A DNA stretch of 63,967 nt, filler included, from Lenisia limosa (taxonomy: Eukaryota; Protista; Breviatea): the NCBI GenBank assembly GCA_001655205.1. It is 25 parts of 25 records of this genome, joined end to end, with 100 filler letters (N's around TTAATTAATTAA, not from the genome) between each part and the next. Parts side by side here need not be neighbours in the genome. Positions count along the whole stretch, not along the records: positions 1 to 7,409 come from LPNZ01010408.1; positions 7,510 to 8,758 come from LPNZ01002889.1; positions 8,859 to 11,554 come from LPNZ01006865.1; positions 11,655 to 15,979 come from LPNZ01003017.1; 21 more parts are not named here. The stretch is one strand, 5' to 3'. The position numbers and the translations under genes were made by a program. The notes below the pieces were generated by a model, which was not told where the DNA came from, made no database searches, and saw only the letters and a program-made list of their open reading frames with translations. Positions 1 through 11,763 of this stretch are shown here, one piece after another; within the stretch, counting starts at the first letter, position 1; every line of letters starts with the position of its first letter.

Positions 1-774
1 AGCCTCACCAGCACGGGCAGTAGACCTGCGAGTGAGAAGTCCGAAAGTGAGGGATACTTCTCCTTCAGGAGTGGGGACTATCTAAGAAGGTTATCAAAGC
101 TATGGGTATGATATCGCATTAATAATTACTATTTTGAAAAAGAGATTCCTGGCCTTAACAACTATTGAGCCAACACAAACCTGAGTATCAGTCATATGGA
201 TAAAACCGTGGTAGAGGGCCAGGCACATATTTTCTGCCTATTTTGGTCAAGAACAATAACAATAAAATATGAAGAAAATGGTGACACAATACAAAAAAAA
301 ATCCTAAATATGGAAGGGGAAAAAAAACACTCGTTCCAATCGTGGAGCATTCACCCCCCCCCCCCTCGCACCCCAGCATTCGAAAGCTCTCGTGCAGCAT
401 AGTGGTTCCACATAAAGTCTGGTTCACCCTGGGTTGTCAGTTACAAAGTCGATAAATTGTATGAAATACGCAACACAGTTCTGATTTCAAGGAACAAACC
501 TTGGAAAAAGGAGCATTTTCGCAGTCCCATCCCTACATAAAGTGAGATTAAAATAAGTGAGATGACACTTGCAATAGATGAGAAAAGTAAGAAAGAGTCA
601 TTCAAACCTCAGAATAGAACTTGCTGAGGTTGGCGGTACGTGAAATGAAGAAATGCTTTGAAGCTAAAAATGTGGTCAGGGACCGAGAACGTAAATCTAC
701 CCAAAGCTACAGGTTGACATGTATTGCTTTTACTGCTTTTATAATTGTACTAAAAAGACCCCGTCAACCCACCC

Positions 775-1660
775 AGAACGCTATTGTATGACGCATAGTA
801 GGCCTTTGCGACGGAACTCAGTCGGCCGCTTCCGATCTGAAGCATTTGGAAGGCCGTCACCTTCTCGATGATGTGTTCGCCAATCTGGCCGGCATGGCTG
901 GTTGCGGTAGCCACAATCAGAAAACGCTCTGGAGGGAAGTAAAATTGGACAATTTATGAAACAAAAAAAGCCCAAAATCAACTCTTTTGACTGACAACAC
1001 ACGAGGGTTGATAACAACANNNNNNNNNNNNNNNNNNNNNNNNNNNNNNNNNNNNNNNNNNNNNNNNNNNNNNNNNNNNNNNNNNNNNNNATTTATAAGG
1101 CCAGAACAACCAAGCATAAAAGAACTAATATTTCTTCATGAATTAAATTATTCAAAGAGATTTAATCCTAGGATTATATTTGGCCATCTTGACCCCCGCA
1201 CCCACCATCTTGACAGTCGGCAACACCAACAATTCCTTCGCAAGGAATGATCTGGTCAGGGCTGATGGGCATTGTGATATCTGGGGTAATGAGTGACAAA
1301 GAGTTCCAACCATTGAAACTACAATATTGCTCAAATAATCAGAAACATCATTATCTTTTTTCATCAAAATATCTCAATCAAAAAATAAATTGATGGTTTC
1401 CATTTTCCAAGAACGGCGTGTCCACACCTTTGACCTTCGTGAAGTTGCCGGAATTTCTGTCAATTCTTAAGAACCCTTCAGATTCAGCAAGAGCAACCTG
1501 CTCGTCGGTACTGTAAGGGACAGCAACATAGTAGTTGGGAGTGGAAACAATACGGACTCCTCCAAGAGGGGTAATCATCTTCAGCAAGATTGGTGGCTTC
1601 TTTTCTCTGTTTGTATGTGAATCTATGATATCTAAGAGGCAAGCGAGAGGAAGAGGGAGC
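775..1660 (-). CDS. Spliced protein-coding gene of unknown function (approximate extent)
   Basis: Open exon-like blocks at ~1385-1655 (GLPLPLACLLDIIDSH...PFLENG), ~1165-1350 (DVSDYLSNIVVSMVGTL...) and ~775-928 (RFLIVATATSHAGQIGEHIIEK...). Acceptor ...ccctccAG at 929-930. No family recognised. Confidence 0.45.
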
Positions 1661-1980
1661 CCTGAAAGAACCAAACCTGTGTTTCTGGTCGCCTTTCGAT
1701 GAACTATTTCACTCTAATACTTCCACTATAGATAGACGGTTTGACTACCGCTTGAGCTTAACTTTAACACTTGTTAAGTGGGTTAAGCGCCAAAAGCCTT
1801 AAATGTTGGACCATTTATACCTATTTCAGCAAAATTCCTTTGTAGAATTGTCTCTTTCACTGGTGCATTGTATTTCAAATAGGTGGGTATTATTATACTC
1901 TGGTAGAATACCCAAAACTGTCTTAAGTTATTCTAATTATTCATCATCCAGTCGCAGAAGTCGTTTCTGCCTTCTGAAAA

Positions 1981-4900
1981 ATGAATACTGCAGCTAATGA
2001 TGTTTCAAAAAGTGGATTGGAAGAGCAGGTCTGATTTTTATTGCACTGAACTAGACATCCTTTCTCATTATCAGGCTTTCCTCCTTCTTCCATTTCTAAA
2101 ATGATTAATTTAAATTTTTATTTTCAATGTCATTTCATTTTTATAATTTTACCTTTCCTCGGATTAATTCGGTATTTTGACGTGTTGGTGGGATAGTGCG
2201 TTTTTACAACGCTAACATCATGATTGGTTCATTGACTAATTTTGATTTTGTAAACCATTTGGACTTTTACTTCTTTCTACAGCTTCACACTTCTGCTATC
2301 ATGTCCATCACGCTGTAGGTGGACAAACTGCGCTCGCGAGCGGTGTTCTACTCCTTCCTTGGAACGTTCATTGACTCCATCGGGTTCGGCTTGATCCTTC
2401 CTGTCATGGCCTACATAGCCGAGGAGTGGGTTGGGCGAAACGGGCGAAGGGCCTGATCTGAAATCAAATGGCTGCAACGTTCAGAACATTAGTTATTGCT
2501 TATGTGACTCGTGGTTGTGTGTGAGTGATTAATTGCAAGGGTTATGAATGTGGTGATAATGTGTCAAAATAATAGTAGTATCTGATATCTATAAACAACA
2601 TGAGTAGTTCGTTCTCCACACCTCTACCTCTAACCCTTCAGATTTGATGCCAGTGCACTTATGGTTGGCCTTCTCTTCACTAGCTTTGCTGCCGCAATGA
2701 CAATTTGCATTCCATTCTGTGAGTGCTTGAGTGGTAAATTGTTAATTCTTCTTCTTTATCCTATGCATATTTAACACCACCAGGGGGTGCAGCGAGTGAT
2801 AAAGTTGGAAGAAGGCCCGTGGTCCTCTGCCTTATGATTGGTTCTTCTATCACTTACTTCATGCAAGGTGCGAGGGTTGAATCGGATATTGGCTATGTGG
2901 TCCTTCCTTACCCCTCCCCCCCCCCCCNNNNNNNNNNNNNNNNNNNNNNNNNNNNNNNNNNNNNNNNNNNNNNNNNNNNNNNNNNNNNNNNNNNNNNNNN
3001 NNNNNNNNNNNNNNNNNNNNNNNNNNNNNNGTTTTTAATTACATTCCACTCTTATTGTTCATGATATATTATATATTACCCCGCCGGTTAATTATGCTGC
3101 TCCGTAGATCATTACGATAGCGGCCTTCTTTCACTGCGGTACAAAACGGTGATTAAAATATACTTTGCTTTGGTTATTGTGCTCAAATAGATTCTATCTA
3201 ACCTCTGCAGGTACGCTGGAGTGATGGGATGCGGTGCTGCAGAAGCGACTGCCTTGTGTGTTGTCAGCCAACAGAGTTGATTTGGTTTTTTTTTTTTGTT
3301 TCATAAATTTTTCAATTTTACTCCCCCCCCCCCNNNNNNNNNNNNNNNNNNNNNNNNNNNNNNNNNNNNNNNNNNNNNNNNNNNNNNNNNNNNNNNNNNN
3401 NNNNNNNNNNNNNNNNNNNNNNNNNNNNNNNNNNNNTCCGCCGCCGTAATCGGAGATCTGTTTACCGGAGTGGGGGGGGGGGGTAAATGACATTGTTTTT
3501 GTATCTTTCATCCAATGAGCCTCTTCAATTTAAATGTGGTACCCTTGATTATTTGAGACTAGTGAGCTCAAGAATGACTCTCCTGGGTTTCTTCATTTCG
3601 GATCCTTGGGAGGGATTGACCCTCGTAACATCTTCAGGTGGACACAGCAGTGATGCAAGGCAAACTCGGTGCCCTTCAAGGAATCGCATTTGTCATTGGA
3701 CCTCTTTTAGGTAGGCATACAACCAATATAGCTATTCCCTGTGACTTGTTTAGTCCATTATTGACTTTTTAGGAGCTGTCTCGTCATCAATCTCAAACAG
3801 TGCCCCTTTCTTCCTTGCTGCAAGTTTGCCTGGGATTGAAATATTGCAAATAGAACATAGTCTCAACTGGAGTATTATGTACTAGGATTGAGCTCTGGTT
3901 TCTATTTTTAGTAACTTTTTAGTTTTTGCGCTCTTCAGTTTCCTCTTCGCTGCACACGGGCTTTTGGAAACAAATAAACGGGTCAAGCCTTTTTGGATTA
4001 CCCCAAAATCCAGGCATTTCTTCCTAAAGGTTTGCGACTTCTGTTGGTCTTGATTGTTGCTAATAATAACAATAGAAATTTGTTCACCGCTCTCTAGGTA
4101 GCCCAAATGGAGGAGAATTCCCAGTGTCAACTCAAGGAAGTTTCAACAGAGCAAGACGCTGCTGATACCAATGACGAGACTAAGGAAGCCAATAACGAAG
4201 CTGAAGTGCCTTCGGCCCAGGAAGATGTCAAGGTTACTGTGGAGCAAGACGAGACCAAGCCGCCTCAGGAGAAAGACAATGTCCCATGGGTGAAAGAGGT
4301 TTGTCGGGCATATTGAATTCAGCACCTTTTTCATCACTAAGATTTTAGGGGCAGAAAATCTCAATGATCCTCTGCTTCATCACTGGCTTTTGTATCATGC
4401 TCATGTTCTCGTTATTGAACGTGGTGCTTCCCTTGTATCTGGACGACAAATGGGGCCTCGGCGCTATGGCTGTCGGGCTCTTTATTGCTATTAACAGTTT
4501 CACCTTTGCTGTTTGCCAAGTGAGGGGAGGGCTGTTGACTCCAGTTACCTTATTTCGTTTTATGAAACACTTATTGTTGTAGACGTTTCTAGTTAAGCCT
4601 GTTCTTGCTAAACTTGGATTGATAAAAACGGGTAGGAATCTAAAGACACTTACAGTGGCTATTTTTCTGATTTAGTACTATATCATAGGAAATCCCCCAT
4701 TAAGTTATGTAAACGGAGCACTATTTTTCTCTACTGGAATTCACTTTCATCACACTGCAGGTGTTATGGGAACTCTCCTGCAGTGCACTTTTGGTTTTAT
4801 ATTCCTTTGGCCCGAGTTTTGGATGATGGTAAGAGGGTTGTTTGTGTGTGGTTATCTTGTGTTATGATCATGTATATGGGTTGATAGAGATTCAGAATAT

Positions 4901-5690
4901 GAAAAATAAGACAAGGTTGCATCGAGCTGTCCATACCATCTTATGTAGAAGAGATATTGGATGACAGTGTATCTGATTTATTATTAGCAAAAACATATTT
5001 TGACCTTTCAGCTCGTTCACATGCAGTTTGTCTACATCGGATGCGCTCTGACCATTCCAGTGATCATCCAGATTCTTATCAGGTATGTCAATCAAACACT
5101 ACATCTCTTTATTGTCCACTGTTTTTTTTTTTTTGGACTTGTCACAGGCCTTCTTCTTTTATTTTTTCAGCATTTCGACGGACGAGAAAAGAGGGGCTGT
5201 TCTTGGAGCGTACACATCAGTAGCCGTGTCCTCCATGATCGTCGGCCCTATCATATTCGGGTTTGTCCTTGTAGTGCTCTTCTTTCTTAACAATGTTCAA
5301 TTATAGTTCCCATTCACTTTTTTTAAGACCTTATTAGTATCAAATTTGTCTTATTTTTCATGATGCCAGGATCACTTATGATGTTGCCACATTCTTGCCT
5401 TTCGTTGTTGATGGTAAGTAGATTAACATTTTCAAATCGAAAAATAACTCAACGGCAATTCATTCTGATTTCCCAGGGTTTTTCTTTGTTCTGGCGACAG
5501 TTTGTGTGATAATTCTGTCCTTCAAAGTACCAAAACCTCAGGTAGGAAGGTCCTGTCCCGATATGATTTATTCCTACAATTGATAAGAGCATAAATATTT
5601 GACTTAACCTTTCAGCCACCTCCCATGCCAGAAGCTGGTGAAGAAGTGGAAAATACCAAGGCTGAGGATCAAAATGATACTGCTGTTTAA
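1981..5690 (+). CDS. MFS transporter, DHA1/TetA-like, multi-exon, apparently full length
   Basis: ATG 1981 (MNTAANDVSKSGLEEQ|GT). Exons encode FLGTFIDSIGFGLILPVMAYIAE, MFS motif A WGAASDKVGRRPVV, SAAVIGDLF, an acidic central loop (4107-4298), FSLLNVVLPLYLDDKWGLGA and DEKRGAVLGAYTSVAVSSMIVGPIIFG. Stop TAA 5688-5690. Some exons fall in N gaps. Confidence 0.88.
3215..3333 (+). repeat. Family C intronic repeat (~140 nt, no TIR, ends in a C-run at the 3' splice site); representative copy
   Basis: Consensus GGAGTGATGGGATGCGGTGCTGCAGAAGCGACTGGCCTGGGC...GTTATCAACCCTCGTGTGTTGTCAGCCAACAGAGTTGATTTTGGGCTTTTTTGTTTCATAAATTTTCCAATTTTACTCCCCC. Copies at about 929-1019(-), 19215(+), 19655(+), 21036(-), 34435(+), 35605(-), 38349(-), 39918(+), 41431(-), 42131(-), 47547(+), 48385(+), 48945(+), 50525(+), 51505(-), 51993(+) and 58734(-). 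Confidence 0.9.
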
Positions 5691-6029
5691 GGACCCCCCG
5701 CCCTCCATTTCGTGAGGGGGCTGAATCCATGAAAAAGACATTGATTAACATGCCGTCATCCTTCATGCTGTTCCTAACGTCTAACATGCCGCCATCCTTC
5801 ATGTTGTTCCTTACTCTTTTTATGGTTTAGATCTGCTGATGATGTTACTGCCCTATGGCAGATACAAGATGAGTTATTTTTTTGTTATTGTTATTTTGTT
5901 AGCTCTCCATGTCATAGTTTGTTATGTGGTTTTCTTTTTACCTCAATATATGCCCATACCCTCCAGTACAGGCTATTATGTCAAATCAGAATAAATATAA
6001 TATCAGAATACCATACTGCTTAGAGCCCT

Positions 6030-7340
6030 GGAATGAACAATGACGACCCTAGGGGAGGAGCCCCTTCTTCTATCACGCTGTTTGCCTAAAAGAGTAAACA
6101 TAAATAACACTGGGATAAGGAAAAGATCCAAAAAGGCCACCCAACATGGACAGGTTCCAGTTTTGAAGAGGCCGAAGTAATAACTGCTTCTCCGTGGAGT
6201 GTTGACCAGTCAAATACCTTGATGGTTATATCTAGTAATCACTGAATTCTTGTCCAATAATGGTTTGTTCAAACCTCGCATATCCCCTTTTGCACCCACC
6301 ATTAGACAGCCGCTTCGGTCGAGGACCAGAAGAGAGTCGAGCGAAGACGCCATACCAGAACACGGTACAATCATCTCACGGGAGCAGAGTAGTGTCGTTC
6401 TAAGGCAAAATAAAAACGGAAATTAAAAAGATTCGATGACCTGAAGACAGCAGACTTTCGAAAGCCCAACCAACCTCAAAGTAGTGACACAGTAAACAGA
6501 GAGCACCGCATTTCCCTCGTGATTGGATGCTACTGCACACAAATGGTAGTCAGCCGAGTCAGACTTGGAACCTGGGGGTGGGGGGGTGGGACATGGAACA
6601 ACTAGGNNNNNNNNNNNNNNNNNNNNNNNNNNNNNNNNNNNNNNNNNNNNNNNNNNNNNNNNNNNNNNNNNNNNNNNNNNNNNNNNNNNNNNNNNNNNNN
6701 NNNNNNNNNNNNNNNNNNNNNNNNNNNNNNNNNNNNNNNNNNNNNNNNNNNNNNNNNNNNNNNNNNNNNNNNNNNNNNNNNNNNNNNNNNNNNNNNCAAG
6801 TAGGTATGAAATAGATTCCATTTTTTATACATATTATATTTATACTAACTTACCTGGCAGTGGCATTCCTGAGCTCCAGACAGTAAATGTGCCCCTTCTT
6901 CAGTGTTATCAATAATATAAAGAAGGCAGCTCTCTTTCAAACTACAGATGAACAAAACTCTATTTCAAACTACAGATGAACAAAGCTCTCTTTCAAACTA
7001 TATAGATGAACAAAGCTCTATTTCAAACTACAGATGAACAAAACTCTATTTCAAACTACAGATGAACAAAGCTCTATTTCAAACTACAGATGAACAAAGC
7101 TCTCATTCAAACTACAGATGAACAATGAAATAGTGCATCAAAACCACCCCCACCCTGGACTGATCTCCTTCCTTTTTGGCGTAAGCGACGGGCCAATTTC
7201 CACCCATTCCACTGTGAGGTTGCCTCCTTTCACGCTTTGGGGGAAGAATAGTCGCGTCTCTCCCTCCCACGTAGCTAATGCTATTGATGTTATCGAGTCA
7301 AATGAGGCATACATATGGTATGACACTACTCCAAGAAAAA
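6030..7340 (-). CDS. Spliced gene fragment of unknown function (beta-strand-rich, possibly a propeller)
   Basis: Phase-compatible exons: 7154-~7320 (...YASFDSITSIALATWEGETRLFF...KEISP G|), 6854-6941 (G LKESCLLYIIDNTEEGAHLLSGAQECHCQ), ~6470-6570 (DYHLCAVASNHEGNAVLSVYCV) and ~6300-6400 (SLLVLDRSGCLM). Confidence 0.55.
6930..7127. repeat. Minisatellite, 7 x 28 bp (CTCTATTTCAAACTACAGATGAACAAAG), centred on a minus-strand splice acceptor
   Basis: Seven near-identical units were read directly, one of them 30 bp. The reverse complement of the unit is ctttgttcatctgtAG|TTTGAAAGAGAG. Confidence 0.92.
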
Positions 7341-7619
7341 GAGCCCACCAATAGGAGGCAAGAAGGCCATTCTATCAGGTGGCCCGGGGTGGCTTAGGGG
7401 ACCCGGGCCNNNNNNNNNNNNNNNNNNNNNNNNNNNNNNNNNNNNNNNNNNNNTTAATTAATTAANNNNNNNNNNNNNNNNNNNNNNNNNNNNNNNNNNN
7501 NNNNNNNNNTTTGAGAATTGGCATATAATATATGATATCATTGCTCATGTAGTACATATCTATGTCCTACATTTGTCATTGCTCATGTACATATCTATGT
7601 TCTGCATTTATTTGTTTAG

Positions 7620-8743
7620 GTACTTCTCCAGAAATGATTCTCCGAAAATGTTGGTTTGGGCTTGTTTGATCTGGGAGGGAGGGGGATGGGGGGTAAACGA
7701 GTTTTGTACTTTAAAATATCATGTCATATGATCCATTTATATAGTATATCATAATATCGATATACTCCCCTCTTGGTCACTCTTTTAGTTGATCTCAATC
7801 TGTTGCAAGTTGCTGCTATCCTTGTGCAGGTACGGCTTAAATGGGAAGCGGATATTTTGGCTCATCTAAAAAGGGGGTGGCAATTTTTTAGCGATATTTT
7901 AAACAATAATCAAAAAAACAACAATTTTGTGCTTTTTGAAAAAATGTCACCGCATTTTAAGACAAGCTGATATCTCTCTTATCACTATGTTCCGCCTGGT
8001 ACAGTTACGATGCAAAAAATAGTTAATAAAATCATAGTGTCGTGCTGGTGTGCACATTTCCTCCTATTGGTCTTATCATTAATTCATCATTGTCAACAAT
8101 CACCATTTTTAACTCTCATCATTAGTCTGCTGGTAACCGAAGGGCCATGTCGTTCCATGGCCTTGCAATGACTTCTGTCGTACTCGTTGACACCGTCTCC
8201 CTTGTCTGGACTAATGTAGGGGGGGGGGGTGAATCTAATATTGGTCGTAGAGGGAAGTAGGTAAACTGAAGAATGAATTAATACTGGGGTTTATCAGAGT
8301 ATTGTTGAGAAGGTTCGGAGGATTATCGCAAACTTTGGATAACCAATAAAATTCTATATGTGAGAGTATATAATCACCCTCTTATATTTCTATTTTGGAA
8401 TGTTTATATGGGATGTGTCTTTTTTGCAGAACCTTATTTGCCTCTTTGTTTTAACCCAACCTTCAAGACCGTTAAGTCCCTGGATTCATGTCAAGATGAC
8501 AGCAGCGACTATAACAAACATGGGGGGTGAGGGGGTAAGACACTCTTCATTCTTAAGTCAGTGTGACTCTTTCTTCAGGGTCTCAAATATGACGGGTTTT
8601 CTTTCTGAATACCGATATGTTCCCTCACCCTTCAGGGACATGGCAGTTCTCCACGTTCTTGCACCCTATGTTGAGGCTCTAGCTCAGCTCCTCAAGTGTC
8701 TGGGCCTCGACCTAGCCCTGGATACCATGCTCAGGAATAGGGG
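7620..8743 (+). CDS. Spliced gene fragment of unknown function
   Basis: AG/GT-bounded open exons, e.g. ~8126-8215 (SAGNRRAMSFHGLAMTSVVLVDTVSLVWTN) and ~8636-8743 (DMAVLHVLAPYVEALAQLLKCLGLDLALDTMLRN). Confidence 0.45.
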
Positions 8744-9569
8744 TGGGGGGGGGGGGGGNNNNNNNNNNNNNNNNNNNNNNNNNNNNNNNNNNNNNNNNNN
8801 NNTTAATTAATTAANNNNNNNNNNNNNNNNNNNNNNNNNNNNNNNNNNNNNNNNNNNNGCTCCGTAGGGTGGGGATAAAGATAAAAGCTCATGTAAAGTA
8901 TTGTGTATTGTTTATTCGTAGAACCAAAAAAACATAATTCGAAGAACATTACTACATGAATATTTAAATCTAGGTGAGATAATGAAGCAAGGTATGAAGC
9001 AAGGGGAGGGTGGGGGGAGGGGGGCTGAAGCGTTTGACTGCGTATCGCCTCATGTGCCCCTAGTACAGTATATACTATATCATTTACTGTAATACTTTGT
9101 AGAAGTATAGTATGTCATTCATATAATGTTAACTCATATCTACTAGTGATATGATCATATGACCGACTTTCGAGTCGAAATGATGAACGAAGATAACACG
9201 AGGGTTCATCCCGAGTGTATCAGAGTATCATTTGAGATGTCGGTCAATTATCACGAGTGGATATGAGATCGCTGCGTGGAAAATGATAGTTCGCACGCGT
9301 GAAAATGATCCAAAAAGTGATATGATATTCTGTAATACTTGGTTGAAATAGTATGTCATAGTAATATCTGAAATTATTTATTCATAGTACCTAATCTATT
9401 TGATAATGCGTTGAGTGTTGCTTACTTTCCTCCTCCACTGTATTTATCCTCGCCTTCCTTTTCCTTCATCTTTCCCTCACACGCTTACCCCCCCCCCCCN
9501 NNNNNNNNNNNNNNNNNNNNNNNNNNNNNNNNNNNNNNNNNNNNNNNNNNNNNNNNNNNNNNNNNNNNN

Positions 9570-11326
9570 CCGCCCCGCCTCCTGTCCCCCTCGAAGGTAT
9601 TGGGGGGGGGGGTATAAATTATACAACATGTACATACCTATACAATATGATATTATTTTTAATATGTGTTACATGGGGGGTGCATAATCACTGTATATGA
9701 AAAGCTATGAGAGGGTATAGTTTCATAATTTTTCTATTTTACTTCCTACCTTTTATTTTCCAGAGCCCTCCGCCCCGTGACCCCCATGGTGGCCTCGCCC
9801 ACACCGGGGCGCGGCAGCCCTGCCATGTTCGGCCAGAAGCAAACCGAGGTGTCCATCCAGGACTTTGAGTTCATCAAGGTGGGGGGGTTATGATACGTTA
9901 CCACTTATCCTATCACATGTGGTGGTGGTGGATGTTGTATATCCTATTACTGTTTCAATGTACATGTTAATAACATTAAACAACCTATTTTAGCCCATTT
10001 CACCCCTATTCAGCCCATTTCTCGGGGAGCTTTCGGTAAGGTCTTTCTGGCTCGGAAGAAGGCTACTGGAGACATCTTCGCAGTTAAGGTACAAAGGGGA
10101 GGGGCAATGTCTATGATAATTAATTACATTGCTGGGGAGGCACGCAAAAACTGTGTGGAGTTGTAAGGCAAATGACTGGGTGAATTAATATGATACTATA
10201 ATCCAATATCTCTTATAAACGTGAGGGTGTGGACGGCTTCGACCAGATACAACCTTGTTTTTCCCATTTCTATATTACTATTATATATGAAATAACAATA
10301 TGTCATAATATTATTCCATTTTGTTTGGTTTTCTTGTATTTTCGTTGGTTCGGGGAGGGGGTCTAGTCTTTCAATTTCAACTCTCGTGTGTTTCTCCAAT
10401 GTTAAGCTAACTGCTGATTTTGAGAATTTTGTTTCATACCTTTTTTATCACCCCCCTCCCCTCCCCTCCCCAAACCACAATCACTCCNNNNNNNNNNNNN
10501 NNNNNNNNNNNNNNNNNNNNNNNNNNNNNNNNNNNNNNNNNNNNNNNNNNNNNNNNNNNNNNNNNNNNNNNNNNNNNNNNNNNNNNNNNNNNNACAGAGG
10601 CTTTTTTTTTTATTTCCAATTTTACCGTGATTAATACCTTTACGCCAATATTCTTTAAATTTCCTTCGTTTTACTCCCCCCCCCCCAAGGTTCTGCGTAA
10701 AGCCGACATGATCCGAAAGAACATGGTGGAGCACGTGTTGACTGAACGACAGATCCTCTCCACAGTCTCTAACCCGCATCTCGTGAAGCTATTCTATTCC
10801 TTCCAGGTGGGGATAAAATATCGATATTTGACGATAATTTATCGAGAAATTCAGTCTTAATTGGGACCATAGAGAATCTCTAATTATTACATAAGCATAT
10901 GATATCTGCATGTAATGACAATGAGAAGTCAAAAGCATTAAACACTTGCCTTTTATCATACAATGGGGTCTAAATCATCCCATTTTTGAAAAAAAAAAAA
11001 AGCTTTTTTTGATATTTCAGTCAAAATCATCCCTGTTTCTGGTGATGGAGTATTTGGTCGGTGGCGATGTGCTCTCCCTTCTTCAGGTTTGTGGGGGTAC
11101 AGCGGTATTTATGATATAGAGAGGTCTTATTTTATTCATACATATAAACTCTCTTCCCTAATCTGCTTAGAAAACCTTTATTCCCTTAATTCCTTCAGAA
11201 CCTGGGGTGTCTAGACGAGGACATAGCTCAACAGTACATCGCTGAGACCGTTCTGGCCGTGGATTACCTCCATCGCCAAGGCGTGGTACATAGAGACCTG
11301 AAACCCGACAATATGCTAATTGACAT
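9570..11326 (+). CDS. AGC Ser/Thr kinase of the MAST/Greatwall/IRE/Rim15 type (fragment)
   Basis: Spliced exons give SIQDFEFIK|[25 protein letters not shown]|[23 protein letters not shown]...|[13 protein letters not shown]|...[38 protein letters not shown] is characteristic of this family. Confidence 0.9.
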
Positions 11327-11448
11327 GTGGGTACATAGTACTATATAGCTATATGATATATAGATATACTATCTGATATATAGCTAGCTATATTTACTAA
11401 TTATACTAATTCAAAGGGATTAAGTCAACCCTCCATTTGTTCCACAAC

Positions 11449-11548
11449 TAGGGCTTCATTTCTGCTCGAAAAATACTGATAAAATATCATCGATTTTCGA
11501 GGATTTTCCGGAAAATTCCGTCTTTTTTCGAACCGAAGTGAAGCCCTA
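11449..11548. mobile_element. Family A MITE copy (representative of further copies)
   Basis: Same TIRs. Other complete or decayed copies lie at about 13294-13390, 20370-20465, 28405-28491, 29046-29131, 30640-30737, 33000-33112, 38740-38833, 40611-40710, 40764-40849, 42756-42855, 45480-45560, 49790-49870, 54165-54230 and 57330-57361. Confidence 0.8.
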
Positions 11549-11763
11549 GTCACANNNNNNNNNNNNNNNNNNNNNNNNNNNNNNNNNNNNNNNNNNNNTT
11601 AATTAATTAANNNNNNNNNNNNNNNNNNNNNNNNNNNNNNNNNNNNNNNNNNNNAGAGATATTGGATTATAGTCTACTATTGATTCACGTAATCATCTGC
11701 CTTACAGCTCTATGATCACAGTATACAGTATATCTGGCAGAAGGTCCCTGCTTATCTGTATAG

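Noticed and set aside
6847-6860. ACTTACCTGGCAG, identical to the 5' end of U1 snRNA
   Set aside because: It is the reverse complement of a perfect donor (CTGCCAG|GTAAGT) of the minus-strand exon at 6854-6941. No U1 stem-loops or Sm site follow.
6930-7127. 28-bp repeats as a CRISPR array
   Set aside because: The units are head-to-tail with no spacers, the context is eukaryotic and intronic, and there are no cas genes.
7454-7465. Recurrent TTAATTAATTAA palindrome as a biological motif
   Set aside because: It is always centred between two 44-N pads, which marks it as a synthetic six-frame-stop linker.
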